From: an uncultured Bacteroides sp.
Lineage (GTDB): Bacteria; Bacteroidota; Bacteroidia; Bacteroidales; Bacteroidaceae
DNA length: 50,542 bases
Direction of reading: 5' to 3'
NCBI GenBank assembly: GCA_964432715.1
Contig: CAYSOW010000002.1
Coordinates: 1-50,542 of the forward strand
This document shows, piece after piece, positions 29,225-37,922 of the stretch (its first letter is position 1; each line of letters begins with the position of its first letter). The translations under genes and the position numbers were made by a program. Below the pieces are notes generated by a model that did no database searches, was not told the origin of the DNA, and saw only the letters and a list, made by a program, of their open reading frames with translations.

Positions 29225-29374
29225 ACGTTTATCGGCTCGTTTTTCAACGATTATTGGGTAAATTTATAAATCGTGTGGAATAAATCACATCCAAATGCAA
29301 ATTTACCAAATATATTTTATAGTTTTGTACACGAAAGTAAAATAAAAATTCTATTTTTTAAATATCATTATTTC

Positions 29375-30313
29375 ATGAAAAACGCTTTTAAGAACCCACT
29401 TAGCGGTATCATTCCACCGCTGGTGACCCCTTTAAAAGGTAACGACACCCTGGACGTCGAGAGTTTGGAACGATTGATTGAGCATTTGATTGCCGGTGGT
29501 GTACACGGTTTGTTCGTATTGGGAACAACCGGTGAGGAACAGAGTCTTAGTTACCGTCTCCGTCAGGAGATGATTCGCGAAGCATGTCGCATCAACAACG
29601 GACGCTTGCCCCTCTTGGCTTGCATCACGGATACCTCTTTGGTGGAGAGTATCAAGTTGGCGAACGTAGCTGCCGAATGCGGAGCGTCGGGCGTGGTATC
29701 CGCTCCTCCCTACTACTTTGCACCCGGACAACCGGAGTTGGCTGAGTTCTATGAAGAGTTGATTCCGCAGCTGCCGTTGCCGGTCTTCTTATATAACATG
29801 CCGTCGCACGTGAAGGTAAACTTCGCCCCTGCCACCATCAAGCGCATTGCACAGAATCCACAGGTAGTTGGTTTCAAAGATAGTTCTGCCAACACTGTCT
29901 ATTTCCAATCGGTGATGAACATCATGCAAGATCGTCCCGACTTCGCCATGCTGATGGGTCCGGAGGAGGTGACGGGCGAGTGTGTATTGCTGGGTGCGAA
30001 TGGTGGTATCAACGGTGGTGCCAATATGTTCCCCGAGCTCTACGTCAGCATGTATAACGCAGCCAAAGCAGGCAACCTGGCCGAGGTGAACCGACTGCAG
30101 AAACTGATTATGCAGATCAGCGCCTCTATCTATACAGTGGGCCAGCACGGTTCCAGCTACTTGAAGGGACTGAAGTGCGCGTTGTCGTTACTGGGCATCA
30201 TCAACGACGACTTTGTAGCAGCTCCGTTCCACAAATTCAACGAGCCGGAGCGCGAGAAGATTCGTCAGGCATTGGCCGCTTTACCCATTGAGAATGGCAA
30301 ATTGATTTTCTAA
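29375..30313 (+). CDS. DHDPS/NAL-family class I aldolase
   Basis: GTTGE, LYNMP, GFKDSS Schiff-base Lys. Confidence 0.9.
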   Translation: MKNAFKNPLSGIIPPLVTPLKGNDTLDVESLERLIEHLIAGGVHGLFVLGTTGEEQSLSYRLRQEMIREACRINNGRLPLLACITDTSLVESIKLANVAAECGASGVVSAPPYYFAPGQPELAEFYEELIPQLPLPVFLYNMPSHVKVNFAPATIKRIAQNPQVVGFKDSSANTVYFQSVMNIMQDRPDFAMLMGPEEVTGECVLLGANGGINGGANMFPELYVSMYNAAKAGNLAEVNRLQKLIMQISASIYTVGQHGSSYLKGLKCALSLLGIINDDFVAAPFHKFNEPEREKIRQALAALPIENGKLIF

Positions 30314-30370
30314 ACCAAACAAAGAGATTACAGATTGTATAACCGTTCATTCACCTGAAAAACACCGAAT

Positions 30371-31843
30371 ATGCATATTATTGACCTGATTATATTTCTG
30401 CTCTTCACCGGAGGTATCGTAGTCTTCGGATGCTCCTTCTTCAATAAGAAGGCCTCCTCGGACGACTTCACCTCTGCGGGAAGAAGTCTGCCCGGATGGG
30501 TGGTGGGAATGTCCATTTTCTCGACCTATGTAAGTAGTATCAGTTACCTGGGATACCCCGGAAAGGCGTATGCAGGCGACTGGAACGCCTTTGTGTTCAG
30601 CGTTTCCATTCCGATTGCCTCGTTCTTTGCGGCGAAGTACTTTGTCCCCTTCTATCGAAGCATGGGCAGTGTCTCCGCCTATAGTTTCCTGGAACAGCGC
30701 TTCGGAGCGTGGGCTCGGCTCTACGCCTCGGCTTGCTACCTGCTGACTCAGATTGCACGTATGGGCTCTATCCTCTTCTTGCTGGCGCTGCCGATGAACA
30801 TCCTGATGGGATGGAACATTCAGATGGTGATTATCATCACGAGTGTGGCCATCATCATCTACTCGATGTTGGGCGGCATCAAGGCGGTCATCTGGACGGA
30901 GGCCATTCAGGGATTCATCTTGATTGGTGGTGCCTTGGCCTGCCTGCTCATCCTGCTCTTCTCGATGCCGGAGGGCCCGCAGCAAACGTTTGAGATTGCC
31001 TCGGCCAACAACAAGTTCTACCTGGGCGACCTGAGCTTGGACTTGACCCAATCGACTTTCTGGGTCTGCTTGATTTATGGTATCTTCATTAATTTGCAGA
31101 ATTACGGTGTGGATCAGAACTACGTACAACGCTACCACACAGCCAAGAGTGAGAAGTCGGCGAAGTTCTCCGCCCTCTTCGGCGGCTACCTGTTTATTCC
31201 GGTTTCTGCCATCTTCTTCCTCATCGGTACCTCGCTCTATGCCTACTATCAAGTCTACCCCGACTTGCTTCCGGCGGAGGATTTGAAAGCGGACTATGTG
31301 TTCCCCTACTTCATCGTGCATCAACTGCCGGTGGGTATGACGGGACTCTTGATTGCTTCTATCTTCGCTGCGGGTATGAGTACCGTGGCCACCAGTGTGA
31401 CGAGCTCGTCAACCATCATCCTGACCGACTACTACAAACGTTTCCGCAAGGATGCGTCCGACCGTGAGCAACTCATCGTGTTGAAGGTGGGTAGCGCCGT
31501 GGTGGGCGTGTTGGGCATCCTGATTGCCATCGCCTTGCTGAACGTGGAGAGCATTCTGGATGCATGGTGGATTCTCTCGTCCATCTTCAGCGGCGGTATG
31601 CTGGGTCTGTTCCTGCTGGGTTACATCTGTAAGAAAGCCAACAATGTACATGCGCTGATTGGTGTAGTTTGCGGTATTCTGCTGATATTCCGCATCTCCC
31701 TCTCCGACTGGCTCAACAGCTACTTCGGATGGCACTTATCGCCGATTCATGGCTATCTGGCCATCGTCTTCGGTACGATGCTCATCTTCTTCGTGGGCTT
31801 CTTGTTGGCCTCTCTGACATCGCTGTTTAAGAAAAGAAAGTAA
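30371..31843 (+). CDS. Sodium:solute symporter (SiaT-like)
   Basis: GRSLPGWVVGMSIF, GGIKAVIWTE, DQNYVQRY. Confidence 0.92.
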   Translation: MHIIDLIIFLLFTGGIVVFGCSFFNKKASSDDFTSAGRSLPGWVVGMSIFSTYVSSISYLGYPGKAYAGDWNAFVFSVSIPIASFFAAKYFVPFYRSMGSVSAYSFLEQRFGAWARLYASACYLLTQIARMGSILFLLALPMNILMGWNIQMVIIITSVAIIIYSMLGGIKAVIWTEAIQGFILIGGALACLLILLFSMPEGPQQTFEIASANNKFYLGDLSLDLTQSTFWVCLIYGIFINLQNYGVDQNYVQRYHTAKSEKSAKFSALFGGYLFIPVSAIFFLIGTSLYAYYQVYPDLLPAEDLKADYVFPYFIVHQLPVGMTGLLIASIFAAGMSTVATSVTSSSTIILTDYYKRFRKDASDREQLIVLKVGSAVVGVLGILIAIALLNVESILDAWWILSSIFSGGMLGLFLLGYICKKANNVHALIGVVCGILLIFRISLSDWLNSYFGWHLSPIHGYLAIVFGTMLIFFVGFLLASLTSLFKKRK

Positions 31844-31852
31844 CTGAATGAT

Positions 31853-32800
31853 ATGAATCGGATACAACGAGTTTTAAGAACTTTACCGCTGTGGGGCACG
31901 CTTTTCCTTTGTGGAGCGTGCTCCACAGTGCATAAGGAGGCTTACCTGTTTACCTCCTTTCACGAGCCGGCTGATGCCGGACTCCGCTATTTGTATAGTG
32001 ACGACGGACGCAACTGGGACAGCATCCCGGGTACTTGGCTGCAGCCTACATTGGGCGACAAGATTATGCGCGACCCCTCTATCTGGCGGGGCAAGGACGG
32101 CACCTACCACTTGGTGTGGACCATCGCTTGGCGCAAGGACCGCGGCTTCGGTTACGCTGAGTCGAAGGACTTGATGCACTGGTCGAACGTGAAGCGCGTC
32201 CCGGTGATGGATCATCTGCCCGACACTTACAACGTATGGGCGCCCGAGCTTTTCTATGATGAGCAGAAGGAGCAATACATGATTATCTACTCGTCGCTGG
32301 TGCCCGACAGCACTTGCATCGCGTTCGAGAAGGAGCAGAAGGATTACTACCGTCTCTACTACACGACGACGAAGGACTTCGAGACTTTTACGCAGGCGAA
32401 GTTGCTGTATGACCCGGGGTTCAGCTGCATCGACGGTTACCTGCTCCAACGGGGCGAGAAGGATTATGTGATGGTGGTGAAGGATAACCGCAAACCGGGA
32501 CATAGTAATCTGAAGGTGACCTTTGCGACCTCCCCCGAGGGACCGTTCTCGGCGGCTTCCGAACCCTTCACCGAGGAGTGGTCGGAGGGACCTTGCGTCA
32601 CGAAGGTGGGCGATGAGTATCTTATCTACTATGACCTCTACCGGAAGTATATCTACGGAGCCACCGGCACGAAGGATTTCCAACACTTCACCACGCTGAC
32701 CGACAGTGTACGCATTCCGCGCCTCCACAAGCACGGCACGATTTGCAAGGTTCCGAGGAAGGAGCTGAAGCGGTTGCTGAAGGCATCCAAAGCAAAATAG
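31853..32800 (+). CDS. GH43-like five-bladed beta-propeller glycosidase, lipoprotein
   Basis: MRDPS, SKDLMHWS, WAPE, CIDG, EGP. Confidence 0.8.
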   Translation: MNRIQRVLRTLPLWGTLFLCGACSTVHKEAYLFTSFHEPADAGLRYLYSDDGRNWDSIPGTWLQPTLGDKIMRDPSIWRGKDGTYHLVWTIAWRKDRGFGYAESKDLMHWSNVKRVPVMDHLPDTYNVWAPELFYDEQKEQYMIIYSSLVPDSTCIAFEKEQKDYYRLYYTTTKDFETFTQAKLLYDPGFSCIDGYLLQRGEKDYVMVVKDNRKPGHSNLKVTFATSPEGPFSAASEPFTEEWSEGPCVTKVGDEYLIYYDLYRKYIYGATGTKDFQHFTTLTDSVRIPRLHKHGTICKVPRKELKRLLKASKAK

Positions 32801-32803
32801 ACA

Positions 32804-33784
32804 TTATTCATTGATCGCTCCGCAGTACGGACACTTCCCTTTTTGGGAAATCTTACGGCCACAAGCGCCGCACAGATAGCCGCACCTTGCGGAGCGAATC
32901 ATTTTCCATGCGCCGCATGCCAGCAGGAGCAGTAAGGGATAGCCGATGTAATAGTAGATGGCCACCGAGAAGAAGAGGTAGCACAAGAGGCAGATGCCCG
33001 CGGTACCGAAGAGGCAGAAGAAGAACGTGGTGACATCCGTTTGATGCTTCAGCTGCTCCATCATTGCCAGCACCAGCAAAGCAATCATCCACAGCCCCAC
33101 CAGGAAGAGCGCCATGGAGAGCGGCCAATCGAAGGGATTGAGCGACGGATGAAAGTAGTAGTGCTTCCACAACTCGGGAGCAAAGCGCTGAATGGCGCCA
33201 TAGAGCGAAGCCGTGCACGCCACCATAAAAATCACCGTCACCGGGTAGAAATAGTCGACTTCCCTCAAGGAGGTGCGCAAAGCCGTACGTCGGTGCGCCT
33301 TGCGAATGCCGTAGAAAGTAAGGAAGAGCAAGCAGAAAATCAAGAAGACCACCGGGCGCCACTGTCCGAAGAGATAGATGAAACGAGAGATTGGATTCAC
33401 CGGCACCACACTGCGGAGCAGTTCACTCTCCTCCACCCAGCCAATCGTCTGCTGGTCGCGCGCCACCTGAATCCACACCGTCGTCAAGCTGTCGGTGCCC
33501 ACCACCAACCGATAATCCGCCACCACCAGTTCGTCCTGTTTCTGCACCACCTCCTGATCTTCGCTCAGCATATCCACATAGAGCCGAAGCGAATCAGTAG
33601 TCACCAGAAAGTTATCATTACGCACATAGTGGTGCTGCGCCAAAAAACGCAAAGAGTCCTGCTGCTCCGGAGTCAAGTTCCAATCCGAAGCATCCTGCAC
33701 AGGCACATGACAAGAAGTCAGCAGACAAAGCAGTCCGACGATGTACCCCAGCACCCCTTTACCCCCTAGGCGCGTCCTCCTCAT
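32804..33784 (-). CDS. Membrane protein with SH3-like domain and C-terminal Zn ribbon
   Basis: LTSC lipobox-like, WIQVA...GWV, TM helices, CGAC...CPYC. Confidence 0.65.
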   Translation of the reverse strand: MRRTRLGGKGVLGYIVGLLCLLTSCHVPVQDASDWNLTPEQQDSLRFLAQHHYVRNDNFLVTTDSLRLYVDMLSEDQEVVQKQDELVVADYRLVVGTDSLTTVWIQVARDQQTIGWVEESELLRSVVPVNPISRFIYLFGQWRPVVFLIFCLLFLTFYGIRKAHRRTALRTSLREVDYFYPVTVIFMVACTASLYGAIQRFAPELWKHYYFHPSLNPFDWPLSMALFLVGLWMIALLVLAMMEQLKHQTDVTTFFFCLFGTAGICLLCYLFFSVAIYYYIGYPLLLLLACGAWKMIRSARCGYLCGACGRKISQKGKCPYCGAINE

Positions 33785-35597
33785 GATATAGTTTCATTTG
33801 ACATAATTTACAATCAAACTCCAGGCGGAACCGTTTCCCGTCGGAAGCCACCAAGTAGTAAGGCTCCCGATAAGACGAGCGTCCCTGCTGCTGTTTGGGG
33901 CACCACCCCATGCTGAAGCGCAGACAGTGCTTGCAGAACATCAAAGGCACCTCACGCTGAGCCACCTTCTCAAAAGCCGGTTCTATCTGCTCCACCCCAT
34001 GTTGGCGATAGAAAGCCTCCGCCTTCGAGTTCATCACATTCCCCAGATAAGTCAGTTGCTTCAGCGGGTAAGAATGCGAAGTCGACTGCCAACGTTTACC
34101 CTCCGTCCGGTAGTTGGTCTTGCGCAGTTGCAACAACCGCTCCACCCCTTGGCGTCGCCAATCCGACCACGCCGAAGAGGGCACAAACCAATTGTCGGTC
34201 CAGTCGCTCGTCACCTCCTTCAGTTCAAAAGGCGTGTTACCCAACTTGCCCAACTGCGTGCGAATCTGCGCCAGCTGCTCACTGCGAGCCAATTCCTTCT
34301 TCGCCTCGAACGACTGTGTCAGGCGGTTGCCATCCTCATCCGTCCATGTAAGCGTAAAACCGTGATCCGTTTCACCCAGATGCACCGACACCGCCAGTTT
34401 TCGCTCGGCCGATTTGCGCTGCATCACCTTGTCGAACTCCTGATCAAAGTTGCGGTAAAGCTTGGTACGCGGAGCAATACGCGGCATCTCCTGCGGATAG
34501 AGCTTGTTGTTGTCCACCCGGTTCACGCGGAAGCCGTGCAACACCCCCTTCTCATCCAGATAGCAAAGACCGTCGCCGTTGTGGAAAGCCTTCACGCCTG
34601 CCACCGTCAGGTAGTTACCGCGAATCTCCTTCACCGTACCCACCTCCTCGCCGAGCGATTTCGGAGTATCAAAAGAGAAGATATCCGCCGAGCGTCCCTC
34701 CAGGAAGTGATGCGTAAAGCCCCGGTTGAAACTCTTCTCCAACAGTGGCGTAAAGGTGGTTTGCACCCTGCCCGAAGAGGCCCTTACATACTCCTTGCGA
34801 CGCTTGAAGATGGCATCCAGACGCTGACGATAGTAGGCCGTCACGTTCTTCACGTAAGCCACCTCCTTCAGGCGTCCCTCTATCTTGAGCGAAGAGGCAC
34901 CCGCATCCAGCAATTCCTCCAGTCGGTCACTTAAATTCAAATCTTTCAGAGAGAGCAGGTGCTTATTCTTGGCAATCACCTTGCCCGTAGCATCCTGCAT
35001 ATCGAAACTCAGACGACAGAATTGCGCGCACTCGCCGCGGTTGGCACTGCGTCCGAAGCAAGCTTGCGACACGTAGCACTGACCACTGTAGCTGACGCAC
35101 AACGCGCCATGCACGAAGACCTCCAAGGGCACCGGTGTCACCTCGTGCATCCGTCGAATCTGTTCCAAGGTAAACTCGCGCGGCAGCACCACCTGCTCAA
35201 AGCCCGCTTCCGTCAGGAACTTCACCTTCTCCGGCGTGCGACTGTCCATCTGGGTGCTGGCATGCAGCGCGATGGGCGGCAAGTTCATCTGCGTGATGGC
35301 CATGTCCTGCACAATCAACGCATCCACACCCGCCCGATAGAGCGACCAAATCATCGCCTCCGTCTGCGGCAACTCCTCCTCTTTCAGGATGGTGTTCACC
35401 GTGACGTACACCTTCACGCGGTAGAGATGTGCATACTCCACCAGCTTTGCAATATCTTCCAGGGAATTGCCCGCCGCTGCACGCGCGCCAAACTGCGGGC
35501 CACCAATGTAGACCGCATCCGCGCCGTGATTCACGGCCTCCATGCCGCACTCCAGGTTCTTCGCCGGAGCCAGCAGTTCTATCCGTCTCACTTCCAT
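33759..35597 (-). CDS. rlhA: U32 family protein with DUF3656-type tail (RlhA-like 23S rRNA hydroxylase)
   Basis: ELLAPA, HASTQ, HGALCVSYSGQC...NRGECAQFCR, KIEGR. Confidence 0.8.
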   Translation of the reverse strand: MEVRRIELLAPAKNLECGMEAVNHGADAVYIGGPQFGARAAAGNSLEDIAKLVEYAHLYRVKVYVTVNTILKEEELPQTEAMIWSLYRAGVDALIVQDMAITQMNLPPIALHASTQMDSRTPEKVKFLTEAGFEQVVLPREFTLEQIRRMHEVTPVPLEVFVHGALCVSYSGQCYVSQACFGRSANRGECAQFCRLSFDMQDATGKVIAKNKHLLSLKDLNLSDRLEELLDAGASSLKIEGRLKEVAYVKNVTAYYRQRLDAIFKRRKEYVRASSGRVQTTFTPLLEKSFNRGFTHHFLEGRSADIFSFDTPKSLGEEVGTVKEIRGNYLTVAGVKAFHNGDGLCYLDEKGVLHGFRVNRVDNNKLYPQEMPRIAPRTKLYRNFDQEFDKVMQRKSAERKLAVSVHLGETDHGFTLTWTDEDGNRLTQSFEAKKELARSEQLAQIRTQLGKLGNTPFELKEVTSDWTDNWFVPSSAWSDWRRQGVERLLQLRKTNYRTEGKRWQSTSHSYPLKQLTYLGNVMNSKAEAFYRQHGVEQIEPAFEKVAQREVPLMFCKHCLRFSMGWCPKQQQGRSSYREPYYLVASDGKRFRLEFDCKLCQMKLYHEEDAPRG

Positions 35598-35600
35598 ACG

Positions 35601-36518
35601 TTATCGAATTTGATTGACGTCAAAAGGAGTTTCCTGATATACATAGTAGTTCAGCCAGTTGGAGAAGAGCAAGTTGGCATGCGCTCTCCAACGGACCAGC
35701 GGTTCATTTTCCGGATTATTATCCCGATAATAGTTCTTCGGCATCTCTATGGGCAAGCCCTTGGCCAGGTCGCGGTGATACTCGGCATCCAACGTATCGG
35801 GTGAGTATTCCGAGTGACCGGTCACAAAAATCTCACGACCGCCGCGCGCCATAATCATATAGACGCCCGACTCGTCCGACTCCGCCACCAAGTCGAGCCC
35901 TTTCACCTTGAGGATATCCTCGCGGTGCAGCTCCGTGTGACGGCTATGAGGCACATAGAACACATCATCAAACCCACGGAAGATGGGCAAATGCGGCTGA
36001 TTCATGTGGTGAGCGAAGACACCGAACATCTTCTTTTCCAACGGATATTTGGGAATGCCATAATAGTGGTATAAGCCCGCCTGTGCCGCCCAACAGATAA
36101 AGAGCGTAGAAGTGACATGCGTACGGGCCCAGTCGAACACCTCCTGAATCTCGTTCCAGTAGGTGACCTGCTCAAAATCCATCTGCTCCACGGGCGCACC
36201 CGTGACGATCATACCGTCAAAACGCTCCTCGCGCAGCAATTCAAAGTCCTTATAAAAAGCCTTCATGTGCTCGATGGGGGTATTTTTGGAGGTATGACTC
36301 TTCAGCTTCATGAAAGAAATCTCCAGCTGTAACGGCGTGTTCGACAAGAGTCGAATCAAATCCGTCTCAGTGGTGATCTTTAAAGGCATCAGGTTCAAGA
36401 TGACAATCTTTAAAGGTCGAATATCTTGCTGACTGGCACGGGAGTGATCTATCACGAAGATATGCTCCTGCTTCAGCAACTCAATGGCCGGCAGTTTGTC
36501 TGGTAAATTCAATGGCAT
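35601..36518 (-). CDS. metA: Homoserine O-acyltransferase MetA (acetyl-type by TGAPVE)
   Basis: LNLMP, TGAPVE, ICWAAQA, PHSRH, GHSEY. Confidence 0.95.
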   Translation of the reverse strand: MPLNLPDKLPAIELLKQEHIFVIDHSRASQQDIRPLKIVILNLMPLKITTETDLIRLLSNTPLQLEISFMKLKSHTSKNTPIEHMKAFYKDFELLREERFDGMIVTGAPVEQMDFEQVTYWNEIQEVFDWARTHVTSTLFICWAAQAGLYHYYGIPKYPLEKKMFGVFAHHMNQPHLPIFRGFDDVFYVPHSRHTELHREDILKVKGLDLVAESDESGVYMIMARGGREIFVTGHSEYSPDTLDAEYHRDLAKGLPIEMPKNYYRDNNPENEPLVRWRAHANLLFSNWLNYYVYQETPFDVNQIR

Positions 36519-36620
36519 CTGTTCTCAAATTAATTTGTAGTGCAAAGATACACAAGTTTGGATGAAAAATGAATACTCTTCGCATATTTTGCACAAAAAC
36601 AGTAAAATTGTACGGTTTTA

Positions 36621-36742
36621 CCCCTTAAGAGAAGACTTCCATCCTTCTTTCCGACCGTCATTAACGGTTTCGGAAAGAAAGATGGAAGCACTTATCTTAT
36701 GCAACGACGTTGCGTTGCTATTCATGCAACTCCCAAGAGGGG
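36621..36742. other. Structured intergenic element (long hairpin plus small hairpins)
   Basis: About 33-bp imperfect stem at 36626-36699; CCCCT/AGGGG ends. Confidence 0.55.
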
Positions 36743-36743
36743 C

Positions 36744-37922
36744 TTACAAGCGATGCTTATACAAGCGAGCCAATGCCTGCTGATAGCGGCATTCCAGGTC
36801 GACATAGTTCATCTGTTCCTGCACGATGGGCGTAGCCTCCGTGAAGTAAGTGAGCAGCGAAATCTGTCCCTCGTTGAGCGACTGACGCAGATATTGCAGC
36901 GTGCGGCCCATCAGGGAGTAGTCGTAGAAGCTCAATGCCTTCTGCAACTTCACCGCCTCGTTGTAATCGCCCTGCAACTTCGCCTCCAGCTGCAAGGCAG
37001 TCTCCTGTTGCAACAGTTCAGCGCTCTTCGCCTCGGCCTTCGCCTGTTTCACCTTGTTCTTATTCTCGAAGATAGGAATGGAAGCACCCACGATAAAGCC
37101 GCTGAACTCCGTACCGATGGTACCGCTGCGACGATAGCCCACCGACCATTTCGGGAGCCAGCCACCCTTCTGCACCTGAATGCCCTTCAGCGCTGCCTCA
37201 TGCTCCTGACCGGCCGACAGCAATTCGTAGTCGGCTGCGAAAGCCTCATCGCGCACCTCCTCATAACGAGGAAGCAAAGGCGAAACGGGATACTCCTTCT
37301 CGTCATAGGCAATCGGCAGATTTCCGTTCATGGCAATCAGCTCCTGAAGTGCCTTGCGATACTCCGCATCGTTGCTGGCCTGCTGACTGCGCACCGCCAT
37401 ATACTCCATCTTCACCTTGTTGACCTCAATCACATTGGCATCGCCTGCCTCCAGTTTCTTCTCGTAGAGGTTCACCAGCGAGTCCACATAGTTGGTGTAA
37501 TAGTCGATGAGCGCCTTGCGTTTCTGCAAGCAGATCATCTCCAGACAGAGTTCCTTTGCCTGCAGCAGCAAGTTGCAGCGGGCGGCACTGTAGCGACTCT
37601 CATACGCACGACTCTGCAACTTGCCGTAGTTGCGGCGCGAAGCATACAGTGTGGGAAAGTCGAACGACTGTGTCAAGTTCAATTCCGACTCGTTGCGTTC
37701 ATCATACGGGCGACCGAACATATAGATATATTCCGCCTCCGGGTTCGCCAGATTATTTTCTATCTTCGTGCCCAGCTGCAAAGCATTCGTCTGCTGACGT
37801 GTCGCCTGCAGGGACTTGTTATTCTGTTCGATTTGTTGCAGCGCCTGCTCCAGCGAGAGCGACTGCGCTTGCATTGTGAGGCAGCCTCCCAGAAAGGCAG
37901 CCACTAACCATTTCATTCGCAT
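36744..37922 (-). CDS. TolC-family outer membrane efflux protein
   Basis: LSLEQAL N-terminus, helical repeats, IPIF; downstream of RND gene. Confidence 0.85.
   Translation of the reverse strand: MRMKWLVAAFLGGCLTMQAQSLSLEQALQQIEQNNKSLQATRQQTNALQLGTKIENNLANPEAEYIYMFGRPYDERNESELNLTQSFDFPTLYASRRNYGKLQSRAYESRYSAARCNLLLQAKELCLEMICLQKRKALIDYYTNYVDSLVNLYEKKLEAGDANVIEVNKVKMEYMAVRSQQASNDAEYRKALQELIAMNGNLPIAYDEKEYPVSPLLPRYEEVRDEAFAADYELLSAGQEHEAALKGIQVQKGGWLPKWSVGYRRSGTIGTEFSGFIVGASIPIFENKNKVKQAKAEAKSAELLQQETALQLEAKLQGDYNEAVKLQKALSFYDYSLMGRTLQYLRQSLNEGQISLLTYFTEATPIVQEQMNYVDLECRYQQALARLYKHRL

Noticed and set aside
29257-29307. Invertible promoter
   Set aside because: Inverted repeats are only 9 bp, enclose only 33 bp, and no recombinase is nearby
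36621-36742. SAM riboswitch for metA
   Set aside because: No SAM-I or SAM-II consensus recognised, and the metA -7 element lies downstream of it
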